A DNA stretch of 64,000 nucleotides, from positions 112,344,001 through 112,408,000 of the forward strand of contig NC_042999.1 in NCBI RefSeq assembly GCF_006345805.1, given 5' to 3'. The notes under the pieces are model-generated. The model made no database searches. It was given only the letters and a program-made list of their open reading frames with translations, and was not told the DNA's origin. This document shows, in pieces, positions 27,900 to 42,323 of this stretch (position 1 is the stretch's first letter; every line of letters begins with the position of its first letter). The translations under genes were made by a program, and so were the position numbers. Origin of the DNA: Octopus sinensis. Taxonomy: Eukaryota.

Positions 27900-28430
27900 T
27901 TTAGCGAGTTGGTTAAAAGATTGTATTCAATAAATGATTCCATGTATTTAGCAATGATATTTGCGTACAGCCTGTTTTTACGAATTCTTGAAATAGGATA
28001 ACGTTACATTTACAGCAAGGGAAAACTGGTTTGAAAATGTTAAATATGGTATTGGATTGAACATTTCCAAAAATATTACAAAAGCATAATCGAAGGAAAC
28101 AATTATGACCATCGTTGAACATTCAGTGTTTTGAGACTGGCCTTTGCTGGAACGAAAATGTCATCTAGAACATTTTTTGGCAACGCATAAACTATCGCCA
28201 ATACTTGATACTAAAAAATCAGCACTGTAACGTGAGTGGTGTGGACCGTACGTGACAGCCAATTTTTAGTGAGGAGGCGGGAGACAAACATATGTTGAAA
28301 GTATGTTATGCTTCTGGAATGATAGTATGGATTTTGGAGCAGGGCGGGCAAAAATCCATGCTATGCCACTGAATATCAAGAGCTCGTATTACAATTTACT
28401 TGAAGTCAATGTTGTTTAATTAAAATCATT
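27900..28430 (+). pseudogene. Possible piggyBac-like transposase remnant
   Basis: Scattered motifs ENWF, NRRKQL, CWNENV, NVSGVDRT*Q and QELVLQF in piggyBac order; heavily decayed. Confidence 0.3.
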
Positions 28431-29578
28431 GAGCTCGAAAAGACTACAACAAATAAGTTCTTTCGTCAATTGGCATTCAGTGTTAGTTGACATCTAATAA
28501 GTCATTATAAGACAAATAATTTAACTTTCAAAGCTTTCTTATTTCTATACAAATTTCCTTGGACTCACTAGATGCCTTATTGGATAATGAGGAAGTTTTC
28601 TTACAGCTAAATGCAATTTCGTTTTTGCAACTTATAGACAAAGGCGATGTTTCTTCTTTCAAAGCTTTCTGTATCAGAACTTTGGCAAAAGAAGTTTAAG
28701 TTGAGACTAGAGAATGTGCTGTTGTATTTCAGGATTTTGGAATAACTTCAATATTAAGCACTTAGTTAAAATATTCATTACTCACAGAAAGAATTAAAAT
28801 CCAGATGTAGGAGAGGAATTTAAAAGAAAAAACACTTGCCTGAAAGTGCTTATGATTTTCTTGGCTTTGAAATTCTAGTGAATAATGTAACTGAAGAAAT
28901 TACTGTGCGGCTATTTGAAGAAGTTGATGCAGTGAATGTTCGGGAGTTATTGGGATGTACACAGGAAAGAATCGGAGGATGATGTACTCTAGGAAATAGG
29001 ACAAAGCAGTTCATGCAAGGGAAACAATGGGGAGACTTTGAGGGAAAAAAAGAAACAGTATAAAAAGTGCTTGTTTGTGTATAAATTCACATGACTTAAA
29101 GGGCTTGTTTGCATATGCATTCACAGATATAAATATATATACAGACGACTGTCCGACGAACGGGAACGTGAAACTCTGAGAAGCAGTTTTTTTGTGATGT
29201 TTTGCAGCCTTAATAATAAAAGCATATTATTCTACCTCCAGTATTCGAGAACTATTTTTCTCACCTTGTTTCACATTTATGTGCTTACTCTGGTATATAC
29301 ATACATATACCAATGTGTGTTTAAACATATTTATAAGTTTGTTCATTAAGGCAAATGTAAGAAAAGAACTCAGTACGATTAAGTACAGAGCAGTTTATGT
29401 TTTTTGAGTTTACAAAATTCATGTTGTTTCGGTATAACACTTTCGTCAGAATTGCTGGTGAGAATATAGGAGCAATTATAAATGTAAAATAAATGACATG
29501 AAGTTGTCATAAAATAAGATTTGGAGAAAGAAATGATAGGATGGAGAAAAGAGGAAAAAAAATCAACGACGACGACAA

Positions 29579-29636
29579 GGAAGAAGAAGAAGAAGAAGAA
29601 GAAGAAGAAGAAGAAGAAGAAGAAGAGAAGAAGAAG

Positions 29637-29667
<31 letters not shown>
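29579..29667. repeat. (GAA)n microsatellite
   Basis: Direct inspection. Confidence 0.95.
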
Positions 29668-29668
<1 letters not shown>

Positions 29669-30125
29669 GCAAACAGAAAAGGTGAACGTAAGTGGAAAGA
29701 TCTGAGAATGTGAGCGGGGCAAGATCCATAACCGATATTCAGTTTACAGTATAAGGGCAAAAAAATCGATGGAGCATTACATTTAAATTTTGGCCTCTAT
29801 GAAGTATATGTCAAAGTTGTTTGTAAACAGGAAAATTGAAGGAAGTTAGAATTAGCTATGGCTGTGTGATATGGGTGCTGGTAATTAATAAACCGTTTGG
29901 ATGAAATTAAACGTAAAACTGCATGCTATGTAAGTAAATATACCAGGAGCTTACAAGAATAAAGAGATATCAATGTGGATACCATTTACCAGAGAACATA
30001 CGCAGATTATATGAGTGTTTATAAAGTAACTAATACGTGGGTGTACTAACGAGAAAATAAGAACGAAATTATGTACAAGTGTGTTTGTAAAACAATTCAT
30101 GTGCAATTACATATGTATACATACG

Positions 30126-30306
30126 AAAATAACTTCCAACGATATCAAATTTTGTTAGATGCGTTAATAAAGAAAAATACTCAAAAGTGTACACACAATA
30201 CAGTAGTCTACTAGTAGTCTCTTGTTTGCATATCTATTAAAATACAAACAGACATGCAAGCACATATACAATATACATGCATATGCATATACATACACGC
30301 ATACGC

Positions 30307-30337
<31 letters not shown>

Positions 30338-30764
30338 TATATAAGAATTTTTTGCGTAATAAGTTTAAAAAAAACCAAGGCTGTGTAGATATTAGAGTAT
30401 TTATAGATAGAAGGTCTTACAGCTGTTTCTAGGATAATCCTCTCACACCGTCTCCGATGAAGGGATATATTTAATAAATATCCTAGAAACAGCTGTAAGA
30501 CCTTTTATCTATAAATGCTCTAACATCTACACAGCCTTGGTTTTTTTATCTTATTACGCAAAAAAATTCTCATATATATATATATATGCGTATGTGTGTA
30601 TGTATATGCATATGCATGTATATTGTATATATGCTTGCATGTCTGTTTGTATTTTAATAGATATGCAAGCAAGAGACTACTAGTAGACTACTGTATTTTG
30701 GGGGATTGAGTATATTTCTTTATTAACGCATATAACAAAATTTGAAATCATTGGAAGTTATTTT
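30126..30764. repeat. ~310-bp-arm inverted repeat centred on a hammerhead motif
   Basis: Arms 30126-30436 and ~30479-30764 are reverse complements with scattered substitutions. Confidence 0.9.
30450..30501 (+). ncRNA. PLE-type minimal hammerhead (U4C variant)
   Basis: gtct-CCGATGA-stem II-GAAA-CAGCTG-TA-agac; palindromic stem III ACAGCTGT. Confidence 0.7.
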
Positions 30765-30789
30765 GTGAGATGTCCTCCATCTCACGCTA

Positions 30790-31010
30790 GATCATCCTAC
30801 CAAAGCTTTACTCTCATTCGACACAGCAGCTGCGGGCTATAAGAGGCCTTGTAACAGGCTCCGCACTAGATGGCTGGACGTGATTGAGGAAGGTCTTTAG
30901 AGACTCAACGTCGCTTTGGGGGATGTAGCGGAGCTGACACGGGGCCGCCAGCGATGGAGAGCACAGGTGGATCTGGTTGGCTCTACGCATGATGACGCCT
31001 CTGGAACCAC
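30790..31010 (+). mobile_element. RTE-type LINE ORF C-terminal fragment
   Basis: DHPTKALL..KRP.NRLRTRWLDVIEEGL*RLNV...RQRWRAQV. Confidence 0.7.
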
Positions 31011-31059
31011 TAACTTGGAATGACGCCATCCTCATCAAGCAAGATCATGAAGCAAAGAA

Positions 31060-31620
31060 GCAAGCAATTAAGAAACACTGCCCCTTCAACATAGATACTA
31101 CTGCATTTTTAATAAAAACACTATTAAACTCTCGTAGTTTACTACTCCTAACACAACCGAAACCATAGCTTCAATCCACCAAGTTAAACTAAACCAAAAC
31201 TAGTTCCCATGTCACCATAAATAACTGCAATCGCACCTTCCCAAACAACTTTCTCTTTTATTACTTAAATAAAACATAGTGTACAAATGTGATGAACAAG
31301 CCAGCATCTCTACTAAAGCTTACATTGGTCTTTACTACAAACCGTTAAAGTTCTGCCTCAATCATCAGTCGAGTTCATTTTGAAATTCTACTAGAAGTAA
31401 CATCTCTTCACTCACTAATATTAAAAAGTTGAAAAATATGAACAAACCATACAATTTAAGATAGAAAATCTTAGCTAAAGCTAAACCTTATACATATAAT
31501 AAAAGACTGTGCGGAATCTGTACAACGGAAAGCTATGTATTTCCTTTGTTAAGACACCTGTACTCAATAGATATTCAGAAAGAATAAATTTGCCACCAGA
31601 AAATAGTCAAGACTTGCAAA
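31060..31620 (+). pseudogene. Penelope GIY-YIG endonuclease remnant
   Basis: NIVYKC...KAYIGL...NHQSSSF...KILAKAKPY..NKRLCGICTTE. Confidence 0.8.
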
Positions 31621-31909
31621 TGCTTTGAATCAATTTTATATCCTGACAATGTGACCGTATTCTGCCCTTAACCAGGTTAAACAAACTCCATACATTTCGA
31701 GTTTAATCTTTAGCTCTACATTTCCTCGCTCACACGTTCATATCTCTGGAGTTGCCACTACACTTGATACGATATTAAATATAACACTTATCAGCAGCTC
31801 TATTTCCTTTCCTAATTTCCATTAGTCTATACTCATTGTTATCACTTTCTACCGTATATTGAGACTCATATATTATTCTGCTATAAGGATATCAAAAAAT
31901 CTCAATGAT

Positions 31910-32225
31910 AAGTCAGACGTACGGAAATATGTGAGCGCAACAAAAGGTCCCTTCTGGATAAGATTTAACAATCACAAGTAATTTTTAATATCGAGGAGAG
32001 GTGAAACGCCACAGCCTAAGCAAGGTACATACGGAAAGTGCTGCGCATTACAGCATCAAGTGGAGAGTATTGAAGACGTGCAGATCTTATTTCAAAAGGA
32101 GTGAGAAGTTCAGCTTTTTCATGGCAGATAAAATAATTATCTCTTCACTCGAATACTTACCTAAAGTGTAAAAGCGAAATTTTCCAGTCTTGTTCTCATG
32201 AGCGCAGACATGTACTTGGATACAG
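31910..32225 (+). pseudogene. Second Penelope GIY-YIG remnant
   Basis: KYVSATKGPFWIRFNNHK...YSIKWRVLKTCRSY...KSEIFQSCSHERR. Confidence 0.7.
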
Positions 32226-34455
32226 ACATTTGCTTCATACACTGTGATGATACGCTCCCAGTTTTTCGTTTGAATATTTTACGATACCCATAAGCCAGAT
32301 GTGAAACTTTCTAACCTGCAATGTCAAAGAACCGTTGCCGCACTTTTTCCTGCTAGCCTTTCTGATAATTGGCTTTCCCGAACAGTCGTATATTTATTCT
32401 CACAGTATACTGTTTTTATTCTAGCTTTAAATTACAACGGCTTCCATTTTAGAAGATTTCTAAATCTTAGAGCATTGCACCTCCGCTTCTTTTCCATCAA
32501 TTATTTCCTATATCATTTAATTAAAACCAAAATTTAAATTTAAAGAGCCTGTCATTTTCGGGCCTTACACGTATCAACGAATAACTGCTACTTACTCAAT
32601 CCACATTCCATATTTCATTCGCGTTCCTCTTTTCTATCAATTTCTTAACGATCCCCTCAGGCTATTTCTTCCTCTACCAAGTCCTTCATTTTTTATGCAT
32701 ATACATGTGCTTGTGTGTGTGTGTGTGTGTGTGCGTATGTATGTCATTATTCAGTTTTATTTCAAGATCTCTATTAAAAATAAGAGAAAGAGCCGGTTTC
32801 TATCCTAGTCCAAGGCTCCTTCATCGGAACTTCAACAACATCAACATGGTATTTTTTTATATATGTATGTATGTATGTGTGCAGATTTGTATGTTTTGTT
32901 TTATGTCTGTATTCTCATGCATATAGTTGCCTGTCTAGACATGCTCATATGTATGTATGTATGTATGCATGTATGTATGTATGTATGTATGTATGTATGT
33001 ATGTATGTATGTATGTGTATGTATGTATGTATGTATGTATGTATCTGTGTATGTATGCTGGCCAAGATGTTTTAACTTTCATTTCTGCGAAGAGAACAAG
33101 TAGATCGAACATATTCAAGACTTTATTTATATAAATATTAGGAGAAAAACAGACTAGAACTTGATAGGGAGGGAACGTGGAGAAGAAGAAAATGAATGGA
33201 AAACAGAAAGAACAAAACTTAAGAATGAAAAGAAAGAGAAAAGTTTCCAAGAAAATATTGGTAAAAAAGTGCGGTGGAAGAAAGAATGGAAAATATGAGA
33301 GAATAAGTAAGAAAATGTTAAAAGGGAGGGAGCAAAACAAATAACAATAATAAAAAGAAGTGAAAAAGAAATGTTTGTGAATGGCGTGTTCTGTATATGC
33401 ACACTGAGGAGAGAAATAAAATTTAAAAAGAACCATTAGTTTTATTCCAGAGCTCAAAAGAAAACTAAGTAGGGCCAGATCTTAAACTTGAGACAGAGAA
33501 CACCAAACATCTTATCATATATATTCAACTGCGTTGAAATAAGTGGAAGATAGTAAAAGAGGAAAGTATAACTGGATAGAATATCTCATAGAAGCCCTCT
33601 TATAAAAATGTATACACTTTGCTTCTCAATTCTTCTTCATCTTATTGCGTCTTCTCTCCTCATCCATTTCCTTTTCTTTTCTTTTTTCCCCACTTTCTCT
33701 CTTTTCATTGTTCTTATTTCATTTGTGTATCTCTTCCTTTCTATTTTCTCCTCTTTCTCTTTCGCAACATCCCACTCTCTCCTTTACAATCTCCTCTTTA
33801 TTATTCTCTTTTCCTCTTCTCATTTTCATCTGTGTCGTTTTCTTGCCTAATTTCTCTTAGAAGCTGTTCTTTTTCTTATTTTCTTTCTTTCCCTTTTTTA
33901 TCTTTTAGTTTTTCAGTTTTTACGCAGGGAATTGTACTTTGCTTCTCTCCTAATGTTGATATAGAATGTCTTCATAATGTTAGATCTACTTGTTCCCTCT
34001 GAAGAGATGAAAGTTGAAACTCTTCGCCAGCTTATAAGGAAACGTCGAATAAAATATATTTATTCTGTTTTTAACACTGGGTTTTTATTAATTATTAATT
34101 TTTATGATCTTGGAATCAGAATTATTTATATACTAGCTCCCATTCGTGGAGCACTCTCAGTGCCAATATTATGCATATCAACCAAAATATTACCATGCCA
34201 ACAGAAAATTCTATTTAAAATTGCTGTCGCATAAACTAAATTATTTCATCAAAAGGCTATGGTCGTTTGTATACTATTCGGAGAACAAACTGACAACAGT
34301 AAAAATAAAACAACTAGTTTTAAAACATATAAATACCCAACTATGAACAGATTCCTACAACCATTTAAATTGATAAGCATACGAGTTAGAAATTGACCTT
34401 CCAGTTGCCTATAGATAAAAAAGCAAAGTTATCAAAAACTCTAACTCAGGGTATG

Positions 34456-34717
34456 TACAGTTCTATATTTAAGAGATGAGGAATTATGTACATTATTTAC
34501 AATTGATGGATATTTGTCCTCATCTTGTTTGTTGTTAACACAACGTTTCGGCTGATATACCCTCCAGCCTTCATCAGGTGTCTTGGGAAAATTTCGAACC
34601 TGGGTTCTCATTTCTCGATGTTGGTGTTATTATTATTATTCAGGTCACTGCCTGGAATCGAACTTGGAATCTTGGTGTTAGTAGCCCGCGCTCTTAACCA
34701 CTACGCCATATGCCCGT
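34456..34717 (-). mobile_element. tRNA-headed SINE with hammerhead tail (family E, copy 1)
   Basis: A box tggcgtagtgg, B box agttcgattcc, (AAT)n linker, hammerhead, 3' end ...ttaaatatagaactgta. Confidence 0.85.
34537..34582 (-). ncRNA. Minimal type I hammerhead ribozyme
   Basis: gacac-CTGATGA-a-ggctg/cagcc-GAAA-CG-TT-gtgtt; all core positions intact. Confidence 0.8.
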
Positions 34718-34769
34718 TCAGAACACCAGCCACCACAACTAATTATATCATCTTATTAATAGAAACTAT

Positions 34770-35390
34770 CTACTTATAGGGTGGCTTCCGAACATTCTAT
34801 GACTGCTCTTACTACTACTCCAGTACATCTGCGACATAAAAAGTGCCTTACTATTGGCCTACCTGTAAATCAATTGCATTCTTTGCGTATCCATAATTTA
34901 CATTGGGTACAGCATATTCAATTCCGACCTCTGACCTATCTGCATATCGAGCTAGGCCATTTTCCATAAGGACAGTAAAACCTATCTTCTTTTCAGTAAA
35001 GTAAGAACTTTGTCTCTGCTAAGTCTGAGCTTCTTGATTCTAGATTTACTTCTACGTTTGGAATTTCTTTTATTCTTCAACTGATTCAACTTATGAGAAA
35101 TAGGTTGTCGACATATAGAATCTCCCAGTGGACAACTGGTCTTAAACTCCTCTGTTGGAGAAGTGGGCTGTAGACCGTGCTAAGATAAGCATCTGCCAAC
35201 ACTATGTTTTACTGAACTCATTGCAATGTTGACAACGTCACTTGACATGGCTAATGCGGTACTCGCGTACTTTTCCTCACATATAAGTTTACCTAGCGAC
35301 TACTTGATAATTGAGCGATAAAAGCTCTCTTCTTGTCGAGAAAAAAGTCTTGCATCTTGAACTGCATCTCAACTGATCTAACACTCTTAT
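34770..35390 (-). mobile_element. Decayed RTE RT fragment including the Cys-rich insertion
   Basis: EEFKTSCP.EILYVDNL (YADD region) and GKWPSSIC..CCTQCKLWI..FLCRRCTG. Confidence 0.7.
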
Positions 35391-35455
35391 TTTCACACGC
35401 GCTCCCACGAGTACACACACAAACACATGTATATTTACTTTGATAGAGTTTGTCC

Positions 35456-35504
35456 CTTGCTACTCTGGAGTTTCGCTTATGTGTTCAGAGGGTCATCAGG
35501 CAAG
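35456..35504 (-). ncRNA. Hammerhead-like motif
   Basis: cttgc-CTGATGA-...-GAAA-CTC CA GAG-TA-gcaag; stems I and III perfect, stem II degenerate. Confidence 0.6.
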
Positions 35505-35532
35505 TTATAACTGGAGATCTTTTCGGTAGATC

Positions 35533-35578
<46 letters not shown>

Positions 35579-35584
<6 letters not shown>

Positions 35585-35872
35585 ACCGACCAGACCATCA
35601 GATGTTGCTACACATCGCTGGTCACAATGCGTTCGCATTGTTTTAGCCTTCGAACGACGCCATCCCGCTGGCTAAGCGAGCAGACCAACAGAAGAAAGAG
35701 TGAGAGAAAGAGTGGTGAATGAGTACAGCAGGGATCACCACCCCCTGCCGGAGACTCGTGGAGCTTTTAGGTCTTTTCGCTCAATACACACACAACACCC
35801 GGCGGTTTGGGAATCGAAACCGCGATCCTCCGACCGCGAGTCCGCTGCCCTAACCACTGGGCCATTGCGCCT

Positions 35873-35875
<3 letters not shown>
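35579..35875 (-). mobile_element. Young tRNA-derived SINE (family D)
   Basis: Head ggaggcgcaatggcccagtggttagggcagcggactcgcggtc...ggtttcgattccc; CpG intact. Confidence 0.85.
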
Positions 35876-35947
<72 letters not shown>

Positions 35948-37149
35948 TATTAGGGAATATTATTAAACTTACAAGGAAAATTTCAATTTAGTAATACTAA
36001 ATCAAATTTCACTATATATAATATATGTATATAAATTAGAAAAAAAGGCACTTTTTATTAATTCAACAATGAAATAACAATGATATAATTAAATTATACC
36101 ATATAGAAAAAAATTAAATATAAGATAAAAACATATACCAATAATTAAGAAATGTACAAAATAATAAATAAAAAGTATATAATTGGTAAGAGGACTACAC
36201 GTGTTTCGTGGCTATATTTAAAAACTGATATATTGAATAGGAAAAAGAGGAGAAGAAAGGAAAAAAGGGGGATTAAGAGGTAAATAAGTTAGGGTGGGTG
36301 GATGTTAAATCGATAAATAGGATCAATAGAAATTAATAATGTTAACTATTAAACAAATAAATGTGAATGGGAGTCAACAGGATTGGATTGAATGGTGTAA
36401 TTCATTTGCTTGTAAATGTAATCATCGCAACTTATTGTGATGATTACTTTCTTTCTTTTGCTTGTATATGCAGTTGTACAACCCCTTATACACTCGCTTA
36501 AATACATGTGTATCTACCCGAGATTTGCTCTTTCATTTGTAAATATGCATTGCGAGTATTATTGCCCCGTTTTTTTTACCGGTCTACACTCTGAATCCAT
36601 CTATTAGCAATTACAGACATCTCCAGGTGTTCCATCCAATAAAATAATTTGTAATATATCAATAATGTAATATCATATTGATATCTTCCCTTTTATCTTA
36701 ATCTTTAAATCTCAATCAGATTTTCGTATTTTCTTCTGATCATTTTTATTATATTCATTTGCAATTTTTCAATATTTCCAGTGAATCTGTTTGATGATCG
36801 TTGTTTATTTTCTCTTTTCTTTTAATAGTTTCCCCCCATAAATTTGAATACATCTTTCTTTTTGCTCAAAGTGTAATAAAGTTTCTCTACGTTTGAGACC
36901 TCCTACCAAAAATGTCGTAGTTGGTGATAAAATTTCTTGAGAAGAGTAATGAGAAAATAAGACGAATAAAAACAAAATTGACTTACATTGCACCCAAGCA
37001 GAAGGATGACATAGGAGAGATAAAAATGATAAAAACATGCAAGTTTTTTTAACTCGTATGTTATCTTGACTGTCTCATTTCAGGTATATGATACATTGTC
37101 ATTCTGGTATTACAATTTAGTTTTATATCTATCATCTTTATTGTAAGGG

Positions 37150-37510
37150 TTGGTGGATGACAGAATCGGTAGGGTGCTGGACAAAATGCCCTTTTGGTAT
37201 CTAGTGATACCCCTTTGCATTCTGGGTTCAAACCCTGCCAGGCCTATATTTTCCTTTCATGATTCCTAGGTCATTAAAAGAATTACTAGTCAGCAATTCA
37301 GTCGAATTTCTTCCCTTCACATTTTGAACTTGTAACCAAATGAAAAAACTACTAAAGATAGCAGGCTGGCAAAAATCATTAGATCACCGTGGGAAATGCT
37401 TTGCGATATTTCTTTCGGTTGTTTCCGTTCTAAGTTCAAACCTCACTGTGATCATCTTTGCTTTTCATCCCACCAGTTTCGATAATATAAAGTACTTGGA
37501 TCAATGATAT
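37150..37510 (+). mobile_element. Two degenerate SINE family C copies
   Basis: ctggcaaaaatc.ttag, ggacaaaatgc, gttcaaacc and ctttcatcc motifs as at 11641-11850. Confidence 0.55.
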
Positions 37511-38129
37511 GGACGCACCTCAAAACTCCTTGTCTTGTACCTACATCAGATGCCAACGCCGCAATCTGATAAACGAACAACAAAAACATAATACAACCAC
37601 AAGAAAACAGCAACAAGTATAATAAAATTATCAGCTGTAGAACCAGGAGCAGCTAAACCAACAACAACGATAACAGAAGTGTCACTAAACAAAATAGCAA
37701 CAGAAACAACATAACCAAAAGAATCTCCAAATCCCAACACATCACAATGACATACCTCTCCTTACTTTAGATCACTCAGATATGTCTTGCAATGAGGGCG
37801 ACAGGGATGAGAATTGTAAAACTATCCCCGTAAAAGTGAAAATGAAAAAAAAAATAGAAGCAAAAAAATGAACCTTCACTCACAAAATGAGGAAGTTAAA
37901 CACCAAACTTCAGATCCACTATTGCAATCACCACAACGACGAACACAAGCAACCTAATCTACACTTCAGACAGCAACCAGGGCAACACCCGCTTTTTACT
38001 CGTTAGTACTACTTTTACTACTGTTGTTATTTACCCTACAGCGCCGTGCAATATGAGGAGGGGTGTATTTGTAAATGCCGTTGTTCGTTGGAGTTTGTGT
38101 GAGTATTTTGTAGACTTTGTAAAACATCT

Positions 38130-38500
38130 TCATGTGTCTTAGAGCCTGCTTCGTAGAGATTCATAGGCACTATCATTCTCTGACAGCCTTCGTAAAAGAA
38201 AGGCAAGCCAATAAATCATCCCTTGATCTGGTGAAAGCCTTTGAAAAGGCTCCACGCTTTGTAGTGTGATGGTCGCTAAGATAACTAGAGGTAGAAGAAT
38301 GGTTTGTGTGAGATGAACACAAAATGTACAGGAATGCTGGGGTGCCGTCAGTGTAGTGGCAATTAACAAAGAGTTACCTGTAAAATCTCGCGAAACAGTA
38401 AGTGTCCATTCAGTCTTTAGTCTCACCCCGCTTCTATTTATCATAGTCCTCTTATGCTTATCAGCGAAATACCAGACTGGATTACTACGAGAGTTTTTTT
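38130..38500 (+). mobile_element. Decayed RTE RT fragment
   Basis: LDLVKAFEKAPR..WSLR.LEVEEW..MYRNA..PLLFIIVL. Confidence 0.75.
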
Positions 38501-38829
38501 AGGTGGATAAGTCAGCCAACGGATTAGGAAAAAAAAGTTTCAAATATGGAATAAAGTCTAGAACCCAGAGGTTTCAAAACTAAATTTAGTAAAAAAAAAT
38601 ACATCCTTCCCATGTCCAACCCATTCTTCCCCACCATCATTTTTATCCTGCAGTATATTTAAATATTCATGAACAAAACTCCATCCCATCATTTTTTAAA
38701 TGTTTTTTTTTTATTAAGTACCCGATTTTAGAATTCTTTTTCTTGGTCTCTTTCTCTACTCTTCTGTCTCACTCTCACTCTCTCTTCACATCTTTCTGCC
38801 ATTCCTTCTCGTCCTCCTCCTCTTCCTCC

Positions 38830-39430
38830 TCCTATTTTTGTGTCCGTTTTTTCTCATACATGTGATGGACAGGATTTCTCTAACACAGCGTCTCACCATT
38901 CGTTGTGGTATCTTGCCATCTTTGCCAGGTTTAGCTCGCTGAGACCAACCTTCACTACTTCTTTCCATGTCTTTCTCAATCTTTCCCTTGCACAAATTCC
39001 TTCCACTTGGAGACCACTCGGCATTCCTCTACCCGAGTATCATCCCTCACACATACCACTTGGCTATATCAATGTAGTCACCTCTCTTGTATATTCGTCC
39101 TTACGCAGTCTTTCTCTCTGCTCACTTGTACTCCGCTCTTCATACAAGCTACTTGTACACATCCAGCGGAGTATGATCGCCTCACTTTTTTCTAGGTCTC
39201 TTACATCCTCCACGTTCAAGACCCATGTTTGTTGACCGTATAATGATGAATTTTATACACAATTTTCACACTGCCCTGTAAATGGAAAGAAAATTCCTTT
39301 GTTGGCAGCAGAGTGAAAAGTTTCCTCTTCGTTTATGCCCTTATTACTATGCTTTCTGAACGCACGCTTCTCCTGCTAATTAGGTGCACTAGATGGCAGA
39401 AGCTCTCAGCTACTGCTACAGAGATTTCTG
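38830..39430 (-). mobile_element. Decayed RTE 3' fragment
   Basis: ESFCHL..SESIV..LLPTK..LYGQQTW..SEAIILRWMC; homologous to 8480-9180. Confidence 0.75.
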
Positions 39431-39937
39431 AGTATTTGAAAAAATTTATTTCATGAATTATTTTAATGTTAATTACTCTTGCTTACCAGCTACATACGAA
39501 CTCATACTTTGTCAACCTGCCTGTGACTCAAACTGCACCCATATTTTACATTGGTCACACGGTATAGAATCACTGCACATCTCTTCCAACTATCAAACAA
39601 GGTAATTTCCCTAATGGCAGCTGAGCATTGTATTCTTTCTTGTTTCTTCTTTAGTGAGTGTGAGACAGAAGGGTAGAGAAAGAGACCAGGAAACAGAGAA
39701 ATTTAACAAATTTAATAAATAATTAAATAAATAAAGAAATATTTTTTAAAAAGGCGTGAGATGGAGTTTTGTTCATAAATATTTAAACATGTTGCAAGGG
39801 TGAAAATGAAGGTGACGAAGAATGGTATGAACATGGGGAAAATGTATTTTCTTCAGGAAATGTGAAACTATTATATTTGTATGGATACATCAAATGTACA
39901 ATAATATGCGTCTTATGTGATTATGAGTATATATGTT

Positions 39938-39987
<50 letters not shown>

Positions 39988-39988
39988 T

Positions 39989-40479
<491 letters not shown>

Positions 40480-41545
40480 TACGTGTGTGTCTGTACCAAC
40501 GAGTCGCAGCCATGCCAGATCACAGGTATACATACACATACGTACATATATACATACACACACGTGTGCATTTACATATAAAATTACATATATATATATA
40601 TATATATATATACCTATGCTTATACATACATATATACATACATACATACACACTCACACACGTGCACACACATGTATACTATATATATATATATAAATAC
40701 ACACACACACACGCACACACACACACACATATATACATATATATATGTACGCGTTCGCGCACATACACATAATTGAGGCCACTGAGACACACTAAATAAT
40801 GTATATGAGGTGATGTTTGAGCGTCTTTTGTGGGATATTTAAGTGTGTATGTGCGTAGATATGTATGTATATGTATGTGTGCGTGTGTGTGTGTGTGTAT
40901 CTGAGTGAAACAGTGAATGTATATCTTTCTAAATTTATCAGAATGTATGTATTTTGTGCGTGTATATGTATGTGCGTTTGTGTAGTTTTACGAATGTACA
41001 CGTAAGTGCCTGTGGAATCCATTAGATATTGCCAGAGTGATTAGGTAGTCTTCTTAAAACAATTCCTGGCAAGATTTCAAAAGTAAGGAATTAATACAAA
41101 AAAAAAAGAACACAGAAACATGAGCGCGTGCGTATACTCACTGATGTACGTATTAATGCATGTACTCATTCGGAAGCACACATAACAATAGGTGGGCACA
41201 CACTCATACAGTTACAATTGCACGCGCATGCACTAAAACGTACTCACGTAGACGCACGCAGGGACACATATATAGTCAAATAAGAACACACTCCGACTAA
41301 TGCGCGGACGGACGGTGACACACACACACACACACACAAACAAACACACACACACACACACACAAACAAACACACACACACACACACACACACATACACA
41401 TACAAACACACACACACACACGCACATTCTCACCTATGCACTCATGCAAATACACAGCGATACCCTAACACTCCGATATATGAATAGCTAACACGTAAAC
41501 ACTAATAAATGTACACTTACACATACACACAAACTTACAGATGCA

Positions 41546-41594
<49 letters not shown>

Positions 41595-41972
41595 TCACAA
41601 GTGTATGCGCTTACACATGCATACGTGCACATATGTAGATAATTACACATGAACATACATTCACACGTACATAGATACATGCATGCGTGCATGCATACAT
41701 ATACACATGCATACCTGTTCATACGGTCACACACGCAGGCACACACCTCTTACATGCACTATGTACCTGATAAAAAAAAAACCATACAGACAGCGGACAT
41801 GTGGGAAAAGATAAGTGATGCCTTATAGCAAAATGACTGCAGTGAGAGACGGGGGTTGTTGAAAGAGGCCAGTGACGTGCAATCCAGCATACACACACAC
41901 ATGCGCACATACATATATATATGTATGTATGTATGTATGTATTTATACACATATATATATATAAACATATAT

Positions 41973-42028
<56 letters not shown>

Positions 42029-42184
42029 TATATATGTACATGTATATATATATATGCATGTATGTATGTATGTATTTATGTATGTGGTGTGTGTATCTGT
42101 ATATAAATATCTGTAAATATACATTTTTTCATATGCATACAAATGTATGCGTATCTCTAAGTATACATGGGTTTTTGTGCATCC

Positions 42185-42323
<139 letters not shown>

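Noticed and set aside
34650-34712. Bona fide tRNA genes at SINE heads (also 35790-35875 and 48140-48205)
   Set aside because: Incomplete cloverleaf, no acceptor stem or T-run terminator; continuous with SINE bodies
36440-36900. Further Penelope GIY-YIG remnant on the minus strand
   Set aside because: Only weak FIG-like similarity by eye; insufficient to call
38130-39430. Twin-primed (5'-inverted) single RTE insertion
   Set aside because: The plus-strand RT piece lies next to the 3' end of the minus piece, the wrong side for a 5' inversion; treated as separate fragments
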